Source: Armatimonadota bacterium
Lineage (GTDB): Bacteria; Armatimonadota; UBA5829; DSUL01
DNA: 64,000 nucleotides
NCBI GenBank assembly: GCA_039811685.1
Contig: JBDHZC010000001.1
Span: forward strand, 608,001-672,000
Reading direction: 5' to 3'
The notes below the pieces were generated by a model, which saw only the letters and a list, made by a program, of their open reading frames with translations, did no database searches and was not told where the DNA came from. Made by a program: the position numbers and the translations under genes. Shown here one piece after another: positions 21,031 through 31,958 of the stretch. How positions within the stretch are numbered: position 1 is the first letter of the stretch; each line of letters opens with the position of its first letter.

Positions 21031-21927
21031 TCAGGTGACGCTGCAGGCAGCCTGTAGCTGCTCCGAGGACAAACCCAGACCATCGGCTGCTTTGAGATTC
21101 TCTTGCAGGTGAGCGCTCGAGCGAGTTCCGGCAATTACGGAGGACACGCTCTGATTCGACAGCACGAACCGCAGCGACATCTCCGGCAGGCTCATGCCCC
21201 ACTCTCTCGCCAAATCGCGCAGGCGGCTGACTTTTCTCTTGATATCCGCGTGATCCTCGCCTAGCCGATCTATTTTGGACGTGAGGCGGCCGGCGGCCAG
21301 TCCGTCTTTGACAATCACTCCGACGTTGTGCTGACGAGCCAGAGGGAGAACCTGCTCTTCCATTGTGCGGTCCAGAAGGCTGTAGCTGATCTGAATAGCG
21401 TCGAAGTGCCCGGATTCAATGGCAGCAACCGCTTCCCGAGCCGCGCAGGAAACGCCTGTATAGCGAATTTTGCCTTGCTCCTTCGCTGTGACCATCGCCG
21501 CAATCACATCGTCTGAACGAATAACATCCAGGGGTCCTGAGTGAATCTGATACAGATCAATCACATCAGTTTGCAGATTCAGCAGGCTCTTTTCAAGGAA
21601 GCTCGACATAGCTGCGGGCGTATAGTCGTAAACTGATCCGTTTTCATCGCACCACTCACCCCACTTGGTGGCCAGGACATATTCGTCTCTTCGCTGAGAC
21701 AGAAACCGGCCAATTCGCTCTTCACTCGCCCAGTAGGCCGCGGCAGTATCTATCAGATTCACACCAGAGTCCAGCGTCGAGTTCAGAAACTCGTGAGCGG
21801 CGGATTCTGAAGGTGGCAGGCCAGGATCACTGTCACTGCAAATACCCCACGGGCGTCCCACTTCCAGCGCGCCCAATCCGATTTCTGACACTTTCAGTCC
21901 CGTCCTACCGAGCACTCTATGGTTCAC
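21031..21927 (-). CDS. Aldo/keto reductase
   Basis: LGRTGLKVSEIGLG, IDTAAAY, SEERIG, LATK, DLYQIH, GKIRYTGVS. GTG start after GAGGGAG. Confidence 0.9.
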   Translation of the reverse strand: MNHRVLGRTGLKVSEIGLGALEVGRPWGICSDSDPGLPPSESAAHEFLNSTLDSGVNLIDTAAAYWASEERIGRFLSQRRDEYVLATKWGEWCDENGSVYDYTPAAMSSFLEKSLLNLQTDVIDLYQIHSGPLDVIRSDDVIAAMVTAKEQGKIRYTGVSCAAREAVAAIESGHFDAIQISYSLLDRTMEEQVLPLARQHNVGVIVKDGLAAGRLTSKIDRLGEDHADIKRKVSRLRDLAREWGMSLPEMSLRFVLSNQSVSSVIAGTRSSAHLQENLKAADGLGLSSEQLQAACSVT

Positions 21928-21996
21928 TCTGTTCTCCCTCAAAAGCACTGAGACAATCATGACACTCGCACCATCAGGGCGCAATTAGAGAGCAAT

Positions 21997-22024
21997 TTGC
22001 ACGGCAGGACACCATTGGTATACT
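21997..22024 (+). promoter_or_regulatory. Sigma70-type promoter for the antiporter
   Basis: TTGCAC-N16-TATACT with a TGg extension. Confidence 0.55.
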
Positions 22025-22145
22025 GTTAGGCGGTTATGTCATCCATTTGCGATCAACCAGACGGCGCTCGATGCACGGACGCACATGGCGGACGGCCTGC
22101 CACTACACGTGCGACAGTCAGGCCGGCATCCGTGGAAGAGCGCTT

Positions 22146-23594
22146 GTGATTGCCTCCCGAAAACTGCTCTGGCTGGCGCTCTTTGCTCTGCTGGTCACAG
22201 GGATCCTCCACACCACTGGCTATTCAGACTTGAGTGCGCCGGCCTACAAAGCGCTTTCCTCTTCTGATCTGGTCCCAGCCGGCCAAGCCTCACCCGGTCC
22301 GCCCACTGACGCCTCTCACGGCGTCGATATCGTGCCTTTCATGGCCAGCTTCCTTGTCATTCTTCTGGCGGCAAAGTTAGGAGGCGAGGTTTTCGAGCGA
22401 TTCGGGCAACCCGCAGTGCTGGGGGAACTTCTGCTGGGTGTTATCATCGGAAATCTCACTCTGATAGGGATTCCTGGCCCGGAAGCTATTCGCAGTGATC
22501 AGGCCATTGCGACTGCGGGCGAGCTGGGCGTGATCCTCTTGCTGTTTCAGGTTGGCCTCGAGTCTAGAGTGGAAGAGCTGCGGAAAGTGGGAGTCACGTC
22601 TCTTCTGGTTGCGCTCGCAGGTGTCGTCGCGCCCATGGCGCTCGGATGGGCCGTTGGGCATTTAATGCTTCCCAACCATTCGACCATTGTGCACATTTTT
22701 CTTGGGGCGACGCTGTCCGCGACCAGCGTTGGCATCACGGCGCGAGTAATGAAAGATCTGCACAAGACAAAAACTAACGAGTCCAGAATAATACTGGGCG
22801 CGGCAGTGATAGATGACGTAATGGGTCTGGTAATTCTGGCGGTAGTCAGCGGGCTTATTGAGTCAGCCGGGCACAGTGGCGGCGCGCACGTCTCTGCTGA
22901 ATCTATTGTCACGATTGTGACCAAGGCGGTTGCCTTTCTGATAGGCTCTATTGTGCTCGGACAACTGCTTGCTCGGCCGTTTTTTGATCTGGTTTCGCAT
23001 ATGCGGGTTCACGGCGTTATGCTGACAATGAGCATCGTATTCTGTTTTGGCCTGGCAGCCGTTTCCGCCTCCATCGGACTCGCGCCAATTGTCGGAGCCT
23101 TCGCCGCAGGGCTGATCCTGGAACCATCTCATTACCGCCGTTTCGCCAGCAAGGGTGAGCGGCCGGTGGAAGAGCTCGTTGCACCCGTTGCAGAGCTCTT
23201 CGTGCCGGTATTCTTCGTACTGATGGGGCTAAGCGTCGATCTGCGCTACTTTGCGAACCTGAACGCTCTCGGGCTGGCGGGAGCACTACTGGTGGCCGCA
23301 ATACTTGGGAAGCTGGTCTGCGGGCTGGCAGTGCGAGAGGGAGGCGTCAACCGTCTGGTTGTAAGCGTCGGAATGATCCCACGAGGCGAAGTTGGACTCA
23401 TTTTTGCAAGTATTGGAGCCAAATATATGATAGGCTCTGAGCGGGTCGTGGACGCTGCGACGTACGGCGCGGTGGTCGTGATGGTCATCCTGACAACGCT
23501 GATAACGCCTGTCTGGTTGAAGGCCCTGTTCTCAAGGCAAGATAAGCGCACAGGTGGCGCCCAGCGGTTGAAACCTGCCGAAGCAGACTTGTAA
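22146..23594 (+). CDS. Cation:proton antiporter, CPA2 (NapA/KefB-like)
   Basis: QPAVLGELLLG, ATSVGITARV, AAVIDDV, PVFFV, GMIPRGEVGLI. Multiple TMs. Start inferred. Confidence 0.9.
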   Translation: MIASRKLLWLALFALLVTGILHTTGYSDLSAPAYKALSSSDLVPAGQASPGPPTDASHGVDIVPFMASFLVILLAAKLGGEVFERFGQPAVLGELLLGVIIGNLTLIGIPGPEAIRSDQAIATAGELGVILLLFQVGLESRVEELRKVGVTSLLVALAGVVAPMALGWAVGHLMLPNHSTIVHIFLGATLSATSVGITARVMKDLHKTKTNESRIILGAAVIDDVMGLVILAVVSGLIESAGHSGGAHVSAESIVTIVTKAVAFLIGSIVLGQLLARPFFDLVSHMRVHGVMLTMSIVFCFGLAAVSASIGLAPIVGAFAAGLILEPSHYRRFASKGERPVEELVAPVAELFVPVFFVLMGLSVDLRYFANLNALGLAGALLVAAILGKLVCGLAVREGGVNRLVVSVGMIPRGEVGLIFASIGAKYMIGSERVVDAATYGAVVVMVILTTLITPVWLKALFSRQDKRTGGAQRLKPAEADL

Positions 23595-23631
23595 CGTCTC
23601 GAAAGGCTTTTGTGACGAGAGGAATCCCACT

Positions 23632-24765
23632 ATGCGATATCAGGCTGCAAGTGCGGTAATCGGGGTTGGCGCAATTCTGGCTTTATCGGCCGCCGGACTT
23701 AGCGCGGCTTCAGCCGGGCCAGCAGGCCCTGCGGTGTTGACCGTCAAAGTGGAGACCTCTGTCAATTCAGTTGCCGGAGTCCCGCCTCTTCCTCCGATGC
23801 CATCCGGTGACAGGACCGCGAAGGAAAGCTCTGAAAAAGGGGCGCCTCCATCAGTGGAGAACTCGCACCGGAAACTCTCCATCATCCTCTGGTCGCCGCT
23901 GAAGGCGCCCGCTGACGCCTCGGCCACCGTCACACTGCCTGCGACCACGGGCATTCAGGAGAAAATCCAACTGACAATCCTGCGAGACCGTGCAGCCGGC
24001 GGGAGGAGCAGGCGAACCTGGACCCCTTCAGATAATCTGACAGTCATCGAGTATCACGGATCATCTCCAACTACCGCTTCTGGACAGCCGACCTCAACTG
24101 CGTGGAGCAAATTGACGCAGGAGCAACAAAGCGCGCTGCGCAGCCTGCTTCCACGCGCCAGCCAGGACGCAGCGACAGGCACAGGGACATTCGCAGTATG
24201 GCCAGCCGGGCGTACAGCCACGATGTTGCCAGCTGGAGCGTCTATATCAGGCGCTCTGGAGGTGAACTCCACATACGCGGGAAATGCACGTTTTGAGATT
24301 CCCAGCGGCGCCGACTTTCTGGCGCCACTTGAGATGGTATCGCCTGATGTATCCGGTCGGCCGGAGATGGACAAAGCGATCCCCGTCCGTTGGAAGCCTG
24401 CGGCTGGCGCGCTTGCGGTGCGCGTGGACGCTGTGGCTCTCAAGGACAAAGACACTCTGGTGCACTGGAGCGCGGCAGACAGCCTCGCCCCGAAAGCCTA
24501 TAGCGCTGATCTGTCCGCCACCGATCTTGCCGAACTAATAAAGAAAGGGGCACTATTGCCACCTGATACCACGCAGGCTACGATTCCGGCGGACATTTTC
24601 AAAGACTGTGCCTCCGTACTGCTAAGTATTTCGGCGCTGGGCCCAGGCGCAGTGTCGACGGGTGAACCGACTATCCGAGTGCGCAACGTGTCCAACGCCA
24701 CGGCAGTGCTTAGCCAGCGCAACACTCCCATGTCAAACGCGCTACCTGATTCCGCAACCCAATAG
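23632..24765 (+). CDS. Exported hypothetical protein
   Basis: Signal-peptide-like N-terminus, GAGAGG RBS, 377-aa ORF filling the gap before fhs. Confidence 0.65.
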   Translation: MRYQAASAVIGVGAILALSAAGLSAASAGPAGPAVLTVKVETSVNSVAGVPPLPPMPSGDRTAKESSEKGAPPSVENSHRKLSIILWSPLKAPADASATVTLPATTGIQEKIQLTILRDRAAGGRSRRTWTPSDNLTVIEYHGSSPTTASGQPTSTAWSKLTQEQQSALRSLLPRASQDAATGTGTFAVWPAGRTATMLPAGASISGALEVNSTYAGNARFEIPSGADFLAPLEMVSPDVSGRPEMDKAIPVRWKPAAGALAVRVDAVALKDKDTLVHWSAADSLAPKAYSADLSATDLAELIKKGALLPPDTTQATIPADIFKDCASVLLSISALGPGAVSTGEPTIRVRNVSNATAVLSQRNTPMSNALPDSATQ

Positions 24766-24803
24766 AGAGGACTTGCCGCCCAAGAGCGGTGAGTACTATG
24801 TGT

Positions 24804-26471
24804 ATGCTCACTGACGTTGAGATCGCCCAGCAGGCGACGCCTGCTCCGATTGAGGAGATCGCCCGCAAGCTGGGACTCTCTTCTGAAGACCTGGAGCTTT
24901 ATGGACAGGTCAAAGCAAAAGTGTCCCTTGAGGTGCTGGAGCGTTCGCCCCAAAACGCCCGGGGCAAACTGATCCTCATGACCGCCATCACGCCCACTCC
25001 CGCAGGCGAGGGCAAGACCACTACGACGGTTGGACTGGGTGACGGGCTGTCGCGACTTGGCAGGAAGGTCGCCATCGCCATTCGAGAGCCCAGCATGGGG
25101 CCGTGCTTCGGCATGAAGGGGGGAGCTGCAGGCGGCGGTTACGCACAGGTGATTCCGATGGAAGATATCAACCTGCATTTCACCGGGGATTTCCACGCCA
25201 TTACCGCCGCGCACAACCTCCTTGCCGCTCTCCTGGACAATCACATGCACCACGGAAACGAGCTGAGTATCGATCCGTTCAACGTTATGTGGCGACGTGT
25301 GATGGACATGAACGACCGCTCACTGCGCCAGATAATAACGGGGCTCGGCGGGAAGGCCAACGGACTGCCGAGAGAAGCAGGCTTTGACATTACAACCGCC
25401 AGTGAGATTATGGCCTTGCTGTGCCTGTCGCAGAGCTCCCAGGACTTGAAGGACAGGCTGGACCGGGTGATCGTCGCTCTGGACCGAAGCGGCAAGGCGG
25501 TAACGGCCAGCGACTTAAAGGCTTCTGGGGCTATGGCTGTCGTACTGAAAGACGCGATCAAGCCAAATCTGGTGCAAACGCTTGAGGGGACACCTGCGTT
25601 CGTCCACGGCGGCCCATTTGGCAACATCGCACATGGCTGCAATTCACTTATTGCTACGGAGATGGCCCTTGAGCTGGCTGACTATGTTGTGACCGAAGCA
25701 GGATTCGGGAGCGAACTCGGCGCTGAGAAGTTTATGGACATCAAATGCCGTGTCTCCGGCCTCGCTCCGGACTGTGCCGTCGTCGTGGCGACAGTGCGGG
25801 CGTTGAAGATGCACGGCGGCGTGGCCAAAGAGGACCTGACAACTCCCGACCCGGAAGCTCTCGTACGGGGAATGGACAACCTGTGGAAGCACTGCGAAAA
25901 CGTGGAGGCCTTTGGAGTGCCCCCGATAATCGGCATCAATCGTTTTCCCACCGATTCTGACGATGAAATAGAGGAGCTGCTCGCTCAATGCGCCAGGCGT
26001 GACTACCCGGTGGCTCTGGCGGATCATTGGGCGAGAGGAGGAGCGGGGGCTGAGGATCTGGCCCAAGTAGTGCTGGATACGCTGGAAAGCCGGGCATCCA
26101 GCTTCCACCCCCTCTACGAATTGGGGGTTCCGCTGCGGGAGAAGATACAGACTATCGCACGGCGAATGTACGGAGCGGACAGGGTGGCGTTCACGCCTGA
26201 GGCGGACAAGAAGCTCACGCTCATTGAGAAGCTGGGATTCAGCGCTTTGCCAGTCTGCGTGGCAAAAACACAGAACTCTCTCTCAGACAACCCAGGCCTG
26301 CTTGGCCGCCCGAAGGGATTTGACATCACCGTGAGAGATGCGCGCATCTCCGCTGGAGCGGGCTTTGTGGTTGTTTACACCGGAACCATCATGACTATGC
26401 CGGGATTGCCGGCGACACCGGCTTCAGCGCGGATCAGTATGGATAATGGCCGGGTCGTCGGCCTGGCGTAG
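24804..26471 (+). CDS. fhs: Formate--tetrahydrofolate ligase
   Basis: [51 protein letters not shown]. Confidence 0.97.
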   Translation: MLTDVEIAQQATPAPIEEIARKLGLSSEDLELYGQVKAKVSLEVLERSPQNARGKLILMTAITPTPAGEGKTTTTVGLGDGLSRLGRKVAIAIREPSMGPCFGMKGGAAGGGYAQVIPMEDINLHFTGDFHAITAAHNLLAALLDNHMHHGNELSIDPFNVMWRRVMDMNDRSLRQIITGLGGKANGLPREAGFDITTASEIMALLCLSQSSQDLKDRLDRVIVALDRSGKAVTASDLKASGAMAVVLKDAIKPNLVQTLEGTPAFVHGGPFGNIAHGCNSLIATEMALELADYVVTEAGFGSELGAEKFMDIKCRVSGLAPDCAVVVATVRALKMHGGVAKEDLTTPDPEALVRGMDNLWKHCENVEAFGVPPIIGINRFPTDSDDEIEELLAQCARRDYPVALADHWARGGAGAEDLAQVVLDTLESRASSFHPLYELGVPLREKIQTIARRMYGADRVAFTPEADKKLTLIEKLGFSALPVCVAKTQNSLSDNPGLLGRPKGFDITVRDARISAGAGFVVVYTGTIMTMPGLPATPASARISMDNGRVVGLA

Positions 26472-26642
26472 TTGAGGGAGCCGTAAGCCGACTTGCAGAG
26501 ACACGCGGACAGCGTTCGACTGTCCAGACTGGTGAAGCAAAGGTCATCGGCGGAATAAACGCCGCAGGCGACAAGCTGGAGGCAAGATAACTACATAAGC
26601 CAAGTGCCGGAGCTTGCGCTCCGGCACTTCACGGTTTGAAGC

Positions 26643-27059
26643 CTACCAGCTGCCACGTCCGCGGTCGCTGCGGTCACGGCGGCCTCCGCCACCCCCTCCG
26701 TAGCCACCACCGCTGCGGCCGCCTCCGCCGCCATAGCCGCCACTGCGGCCACCGCCACCACCGCCGCCGTAGCCGCCGCCATAACCACCGCCGCCACTGC
26801 GACCGCCCCCACCGAACCCGCCGCGCTCAGGTCGCGGGCGCGCTTCATTAACGGTGAGAGGACGTCCGCCAAAATCTTTGCCGTTCGTGCCGTCAATTGC
26901 AGCCTGGGCGTCGGCTTCTTCGATATCGACAAAGCCGAACCCCTTGTCCGGAATAATGCGAACCGAGTCCACACTGCCAAACTGCTCAAAGAGATCGCGA
27001 AGCTCTCCTTCAGTAGTCCGGTAATTGAGATTGCCTACATAGAGTGACTTAAGAGCCAA
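26643..27059 (-). CDS. RRM RNA-binding protein with glycine-rich tail
   Basis: RNP2 LYVGNL, RNP1 KGFGFV, LTVNEARPR, then GGGGRSGG/YGG repeats. TTG start after AGGA. Confidence 0.92.
   Translation of the reverse strand: MALKSLYVGNLNYRTTEGELRDLFEQFGSVDSVRIIPDKGFGFVDIEEADAQAAIDGTNGKDFGGRPLTVNEARPRPERGGFGGGGRSGGGGYGGGYGGGGGGGRSGGYGGGGGRSGGGYGGGGGGRRDRSDRGRGSW
26686..26822 (-). repeat. Coding low-complexity repeat (GGGGRSGG...YGGG x3)
   Basis: Imperfect ccgccactgcg/ccgccgtagcc repeats encoding the Gly-rich tail. Confidence 0.8.
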
Positions 27060-27222
27060 TGCTGCCGTCCTTCTGGAGCCCCCATTCAATAGTCTTCAGC
27101 ACGGCAGGCTGAGTCCGATCTGGAATAGCCGCTACGGGTCACCGATCAGAGCAGAAGGCGGAAGCAATCTACAGGATTCGGAAGCCGATTCGCCGCGCTG
27201 ACAGTGGGGTCTCCACACCGGA

Positions 27223-27251
27223 TTTATACCCCAAAGGCAAACATTAGACAA
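27223..27251 (-). promoter_or_regulatory. Sigma70-type promoter of the RRM gene
   Basis: TTGTCT-N17-TATAAA with an AT-rich upstream region. Implies a 5' UTR of about 155 nt. Confidence 0.6.
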
Positions 27252-27456
27252 TCACAAAAGATAGTATTTTTCAAAAAAGAAACAGACGCCGAACCAAAGA
27301 AGAAACTGCCATCATTCCCGTTGGAGACAGAACACTTTCAGCACTGAGACTATTCAGAACGGGTGACAGAGAGATACCTGCTGCGATCGCGGAGACAGGA
27401 TTTCTTCGGACGTTGAGGAAGCAGCGTGGTAAGCCAGCGCAAAGGCTCAAAGACTC

Positions 27457-28590
27457 ATGCCCGTCATTGAACACATCCAGACCTATCCCGTCATCTACCC
27501 CACAAGCGGCCATTTCCGGTTTCTGGAAGATAGCGCGGGCCGTCCCACAGGCCGGCAGACCGTTGTCGTCCGGCTGCTGGCCGATAACGGAGAGCAGGGC
27601 TGGGGTCAGTGTGTCCCCATTCCTCGCTGGAGCTACGAAACTCTGGAATCCGTGACAAGCACCATTCAGACCTATCTGGCGCCCACACTGAAAGGCGTGG
27701 AGGTGGAGGACGAGCGGGAGATTCAGCGCAGGATGGATACTGCGATTGCTCCGTCCTTTTCTACGGGACAGCCAATCTGCAAGGCAGGAATTGATCTCGC
27801 TCTGTGGGACCTGCGTGGCAGGCTCGCTGGGAGGCATGTGCGCGAACTGTGGGGACAGGCTGGACTGCCTAATCTAACCCTGAGCTGGACGCTGAACCCG
27901 CGCTCGCTGGCTGAGGTGGACGCGCTTGTGCAGGAGGGAATGGAGCGCGGCTACAGACACTTCAATGTCAAGGTGGCCCCGGACATGGACTTCGACATCT
28001 CTCTCTGCAAGCGGGTGCGTGAGCTTGCGCCGGACAGTTTTCTCTGGGCGGATGCTAACGGAGGATATGACGAAGGCACTGCTGAGCGTGCTGTGCGCGG
28101 GCTTGCGGATTCGGGTTGCGATGTGCTTGAGCAGCCTCTGCCCGCGAACTGTCTTACGGGCTACCAACGACTGAAAAAGCTTAACGCGTTGCCGATTCTT
28201 CTGGATGAAGGCGTCGTCTCTGCGCGCGACCTCGAGGAGTTCATCGCCCTGGATATGCTGGACGGAGTCGCGATGAAGCCCGCTCGCTGTGGCGGTTTGA
28301 CGAGCGCCAGAAGGCAGTGCAGGATACTGCGCGAGCGCGGCCTTATACTGCTTGGCAGTGGCCTTACAGACCCGGACATCTCACTTGCGGCATCATCAGC
28401 GCTTTTCAGTGCTTTTGGCGTGAGCACTCCGCTGGCTCTCAACGGTCCACAATTTCTCCAGGGCAGTATCCTTACCGAACCCGTTGAGGCGCGAGAGGGC
28501 TCTCTGATTGTTCCGGACGGCCCTGGTCTGGGCGTTGACGTGGACGAACAAGCTCTGACAAAGTGTGCCAGAATAGACAGCGACGGGTAG
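27457..28590 (+). CDS. Enolase superfamily, mandelate racemase/muconate lactonizing-like enzyme
   Basis: GIDLALWDL, DANGG, EQP, LDE metal ligands, MKP, GPGLGV. Confidence 0.85.
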   Translation: MPVIEHIQTYPVIYPTSGHFRFLEDSAGRPTGRQTVVVRLLADNGEQGWGQCVPIPRWSYETLESVTSTIQTYLAPTLKGVEVEDEREIQRRMDTAIAPSFSTGQPICKAGIDLALWDLRGRLAGRHVRELWGQAGLPNLTLSWTLNPRSLAEVDALVQEGMERGYRHFNVKVAPDMDFDISLCKRVRELAPDSFLWADANGGYDEGTAERAVRGLADSGCDVLEQPLPANCLTGYQRLKKLNALPILLDEGVVSARDLEEFIALDMLDGVAMKPARCGGLTSARRQCRILRERGLILLGSGLTDPDISLAASSALFSAFGVSTPLALNGPQFLQGSILTEPVEAREGSLIVPDGPGLGVDVDEQALTKCARIDSDG

Positions 28591-28615
28591 TGCAGCCTGA
28601 TTTCAGAGGTAGGTT

Positions 28616-29755
28616 CTAAGCCACTGCGACGCCGGAGGCGCGATGCTCAGACTCAGGTTGCTCACCCTGTTGGATATTGAGCGGTGGCGGGGCCTTGTCG
28701 CGACGGTCCAGGTAGTAGTGCGTCACCATACGCCGCAGCATCGCCGCAACCGGAGCAGCCAGGAACATCCCCATCACCCCGAAAAACTCATACCCGATGA
28801 GTATGGAAATCAGAAGAATCGCCGGGTGCAGCCGCATAAGGTCACCCAGAAGAAGCGGCATAATGATCTTGCTCTCCACAAAGTGCAGGACACTGAAAAT
28901 CACCAGCACCGTCACTGCCAGTTTCGCGTTGCTCGCGAGCACAATCAAAAAGATAACCGCGCCACTGAATATCGGTCCGACTACGGGTACTGCCCGTGTA
29001 ATACCGGCAAGCACCGCCAGCGCCGTTGCGTACTTGACTTTCCAAAAAGTCAGCAGGAAGAACATCACCACACCTGCGATAACGCACAGGAGTATCTGAC
29101 CGGCGATATAGGTGCGAAAGACGCGCGAGCTGTCCCGCAATAGAGTGAGAACTTCACGTCGGCGTCTATCACGAAAGAGCGAGACGAAGAGCTTCTTCAG
29201 AGAAGAGCTGTCTGACACGAAGTAGAAAGCAAGTACCGGGACAACCAGCACTTCCCACAGATGAGAGATCCAAACCTTCGCGCTGGCGATAGTCGCCGCG
29301 ACCAGGGCCTCCACCCGCTGGTTGAAGTGCGCGGAGTCCTTTGTCGGCAAAACACCCTTGACGCTCTCCGGCAGATCGGCATAGACGTCCTGCACAATGC
29401 GCGTCACATTGGCGATACTCTGTTTGGCGTAGGCCGTGTAGCTTTGCAGCCGCCCGAACTCATGACCCACTGGCGCAACCAACCAGGCGATTGTGATGAC
29501 GCACAGAGCGATAAAGCCGGAAAACACGACCGTCGTAGCGACGACGCGCTGCGTTTTCGGGTGAAGGAACTTCACGCGTCTCCTGCACAGATATTCGACA
29601 ACCGGGGCAAGAGCCGCTGCCAACACCGCCGCGAGAAGAACGGTAAAGAGAATCGCACGGGTCCGCCAGACAAAATAGAGTACGCCTGTGGCTATAAGCA
29701 GGCGCACTACCCACCGGGATATTACACTGGCAGGAGTATCGAGTCTCGGACTCAT
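28616..29755 (-). CDS. AI-2E family transporter
   Basis: Multi-TM; YIAGQILL, VPVVGP, ESKIIMPLLLG..MRLHP, GVMGMFLAAP. Confidence 0.85.
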   Translation of the reverse strand: MSPRLDTPASVISRWVVRLLIATGVLYFVWRTRAILFTVLLAAVLAAALAPVVEYLCRRRVKFLHPKTQRVVATTVVFSGFIALCVITIAWLVAPVGHEFGRLQSYTAYAKQSIANVTRIVQDVYADLPESVKGVLPTKDSAHFNQRVEALVAATIASAKVWISHLWEVLVVPVLAFYFVSDSSSLKKLFVSLFRDRRRREVLTLLRDSSRVFRTYIAGQILLCVIAGVVMFFLLTFWKVKYATALAVLAGITRAVPVVGPIFSGAVIFLIVLASNAKLAVTVLVIFSVLHFVESKIIMPLLLGDLMRLHPAILLISILIGYEFFGVMGMFLAAPVAAMLRRMVTHYYLDRRDKAPPPLNIQQGEQPESEHRASGVAVA

Positions 29756-29763
29756 TTGGGCGG

Positions 29764-30894
29764 TCAGGCTTCCTTCAAGTTGTAGCGTTGCGCGATAATG
29801 TCACAAATCCGCCGCGCCGCGCATCCGTCTCCGTATGGATTACGCGTCTGCGCCATCGCGCGGTACATCTCATGATTTTCCATCAAACTGAGCGCTTCTG
29901 ACACTATTTTGCGCCGATCAGTTCCTACCAGCCTTGCGCCGCCCGCCTCCACACCCTCCGGGCGCTCTGTGGTGTTGCGCAAGACCAGTACCGGCTTGCC
30001 CAGCGATGGAGCTTCCTCCTGGACACCACCAGAATCTGTGAGTACGATGTCGGCCCTTTTCATGAGCTTGACAAACTCAAGATAGTCAGGAGGCTCAATT
30101 AGTTGAACGTTGCCCTGCCCACCGAGTTCCCTCACGATGGTCTCCCGGACAATTGGGTTTTTATGCATAGAAAGAACGACGACTGTCGAAGGAGCGCGCT
30201 GAAGGATGTCTTTGATAGCCAGACAGATATCTTCCATCGGCTGGCCCCAGTTTTCGCGCCGGTGAGCTGTAACAAGAATGACCCGCCTGTCTCCCATCCA
30301 GCCGGCAAGCGCCCGGTCTTCCAGAGGTTCATCCCGCCCGGATATCTCCATCAGCGCGTCTATAACGGTGTTCCCCGTCACCCAGACCGAAGCACTGTCC
30401 ACGCCCTCATCCAGGAGCCGTTCACGCGCTTGTTGAGTCGGGGCAAAGTGCAGGGCAGCGCACAGAGTAGTCATGCGCCTGTTCATCTCCTCAGGAAACG
30501 GTTCCCAGCGGTTGTCCGAGCGCAGACCCGCTTCAATGTGCCCAAAGTCCACACGACGGTAGAAGGCGGCGAGTGAAGCAACAAAAGTTGTCGTCGTATC
30601 ACCCTGCGCCAGGACAAGCTGCGGTTGAAAGCTCTCAATTAGCGGGTCCAGCCCGTCCAGGGCGCGGCTTGTGATCGAGGCCAGAGACTGCCCGGGGCGC
30701 ATTATGTCCAGATCGAAGTCAGGGGACACACGGAAGGCCTTTAGAATCTGATCCAGCATCTCCCTGTGTTGTCCGGTAACGGCAACTTTGAGATCGATCA
30801 CTTCGGAGCGGGATATGAGCTCGCGCACGACTGGCGCCATTTTGATGGCTTCCGGACGCGTGCCGAAGACAGCCATCACGCGCAATCTGTCCAT
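29764..30894 (-). CDS. wecB: UDP-N-acetylglucosamine 2-epimerase (non-hydrolysing)
   Basis: FGTRPEAIKMAP, TGQHREM, QGDTTT, HIEAGLRS, TDSGGVQEEAP, NPYGDG. Confidence 0.96.
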   Translation of the reverse strand: MDRLRVMAVFGTRPEAIKMAPVVRELISRSEVIDLKVAVTGQHREMLDQILKAFRVSPDFDLDIMRPGQSLASITSRALDGLDPLIESFQPQLVLAQGDTTTTFVASLAAFYRRVDFGHIEAGLRSDNRWEPFPEEMNRRMTTLCAALHFAPTQQARERLLDEGVDSASVWVTGNTVIDALMEISGRDEPLEDRALAGWMGDRRVILVTAHRRENWGQPMEDICLAIKDILQRAPSTVVVLSMHKNPIVRETIVRELGGQGNVQLIEPPDYLEFVKLMKRADIVLTDSGGVQEEAPSLGKPVLVLRNTTERPEGVEAGGARLVGTDRRKIVSEALSLMENHEMYRAMAQTRNPYGDGCAARRICDIIAQRYNLKEA

Positions 30895-30905
30895 CCGTCC
30901 GACTC

Positions 30906-31877
30906 CTATCTTAGAACCATCACAACAAGCAGCGCTCCGGCGGACAGCACAAACGTGGCAGCGTAGATTACCAGGATGGCCTGATTCACAGTGAGTCCGG
31001 CATCCAGCAGCCTGTGATGCAAATGCCCACGATCTGGCATGTAGATTGGCTTGCCACTGGCAGCCCGGCGAGCAACGGCGAATGCGGCGTCAAACAACGG
31101 AACTCCAAGCGCAAGAATCGGCACAATAACCGCCAGGGCAGCTGCCATCTTGAAGGCGCCGATCACCGCCGCGCCGGCAATCACGAAGCCCATGAACTGA
31201 GCGCCCACTGTGCCCATGAAGATGCGCGCAGGCGGATAGTTGTAACGCAAAAAACCGACACTCGCGCCGGCCACAGCCGCACACACTACGGCAACCGGCT
31301 GAGTCACGTGAGGAATAGGCATCAGAAGAGCCATCACAACCAGTGCCATAGACGCAATGGCGCACACACCGGAAGCGAGACCGTCCAGTCCGTCAACCAG
31401 ATCTATGGTCTTGGTTACACCAAAGAGCCACATCGCCGTGAGTGGAACTCCCAGCCAGGCGGCAACGGGTATAGATTGACGGGTGAAAGGGTTGGTGACT
31501 GAGTCAATGCGCATCCATTGCGCGACGAGCACGGAAACTGCAAGAAGCGCTGCAGCCTGCCAGAGAGCCGAAAGCTCAAACTTGTCGTCCAGCAAGCCAA
31601 CGGCCGCAACGAGTGTCGCCGCTCCCAACAGCGCGACAACCTGGGCATTCAGGTGAAACCATCCGCCCATTGCGCCAACGGCTGTGGAGGCGGCGATGGC
31701 GGCCATCACACCCAGCCAGATGGCGATACCGCCCCAGCGCGGAGTAGGATGCTGGTGAATGCGCCGTCCGCCCGGCTGATCCACAACACCCACCCGCAAG
31801 GCAAGCGCTCTAACCCACGGCGTCGCCAACCACGAAACCACCGTAGCCACAAACAGACTGAGTGCGACCGTTTTCAT
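30906..31877 (-). CDS. wecA: Undecaprenyl-phosphate GlcNAc-1-phosphate transferase (WecA/TagO, MraY family)
   Basis: RRIH..PTPR.GG, LLDD, DGLDGLA, PARIFMG, DRGHLHHRL. Confidence 0.9.
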   Translation of the reverse strand: MKTVALSLFVATVVSWLATPWVRALALRVGVVDQPGGRRIHQHPTPRWGGIAIWLGVMAAIAASTAVGAMGGWFHLNAQVVALLGAATLVAAVGLLDDKFELSALWQAAALLAVSVLVAQWMRIDSVTNPFTRQSIPVAAWLGVPLTAMWLFGVTKTIDLVDGLDGLASGVCAIASMALVVMALLMPIPHVTQPVAVVCAAVAGASVGFLRYNYPPARIFMGTVGAQFMGFVIAGAAVIGAFKMAAALAVIVPILALGVPLFDAAFAVARRAASGKPIYMPDRGHLHHRLLDAGLTVNQAILVIYAATFVLSAGALLVVMVLR

Positions 31878-31958
31878 AGCGTTGCGCCTTTCTGAAAGAT
31901 TGCTCTCTCGGGAGCAGGCGCCTGCAGCCTCAGATTTGACGCCGGTGCGCGCAAGGCC

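Noticed and set aside
26686..26822. Repeats resembling a CRISPR array or VNTR
   Set aside because: They are in-frame Gly codons of the RRM protein tail, with no spacers or cas genes.
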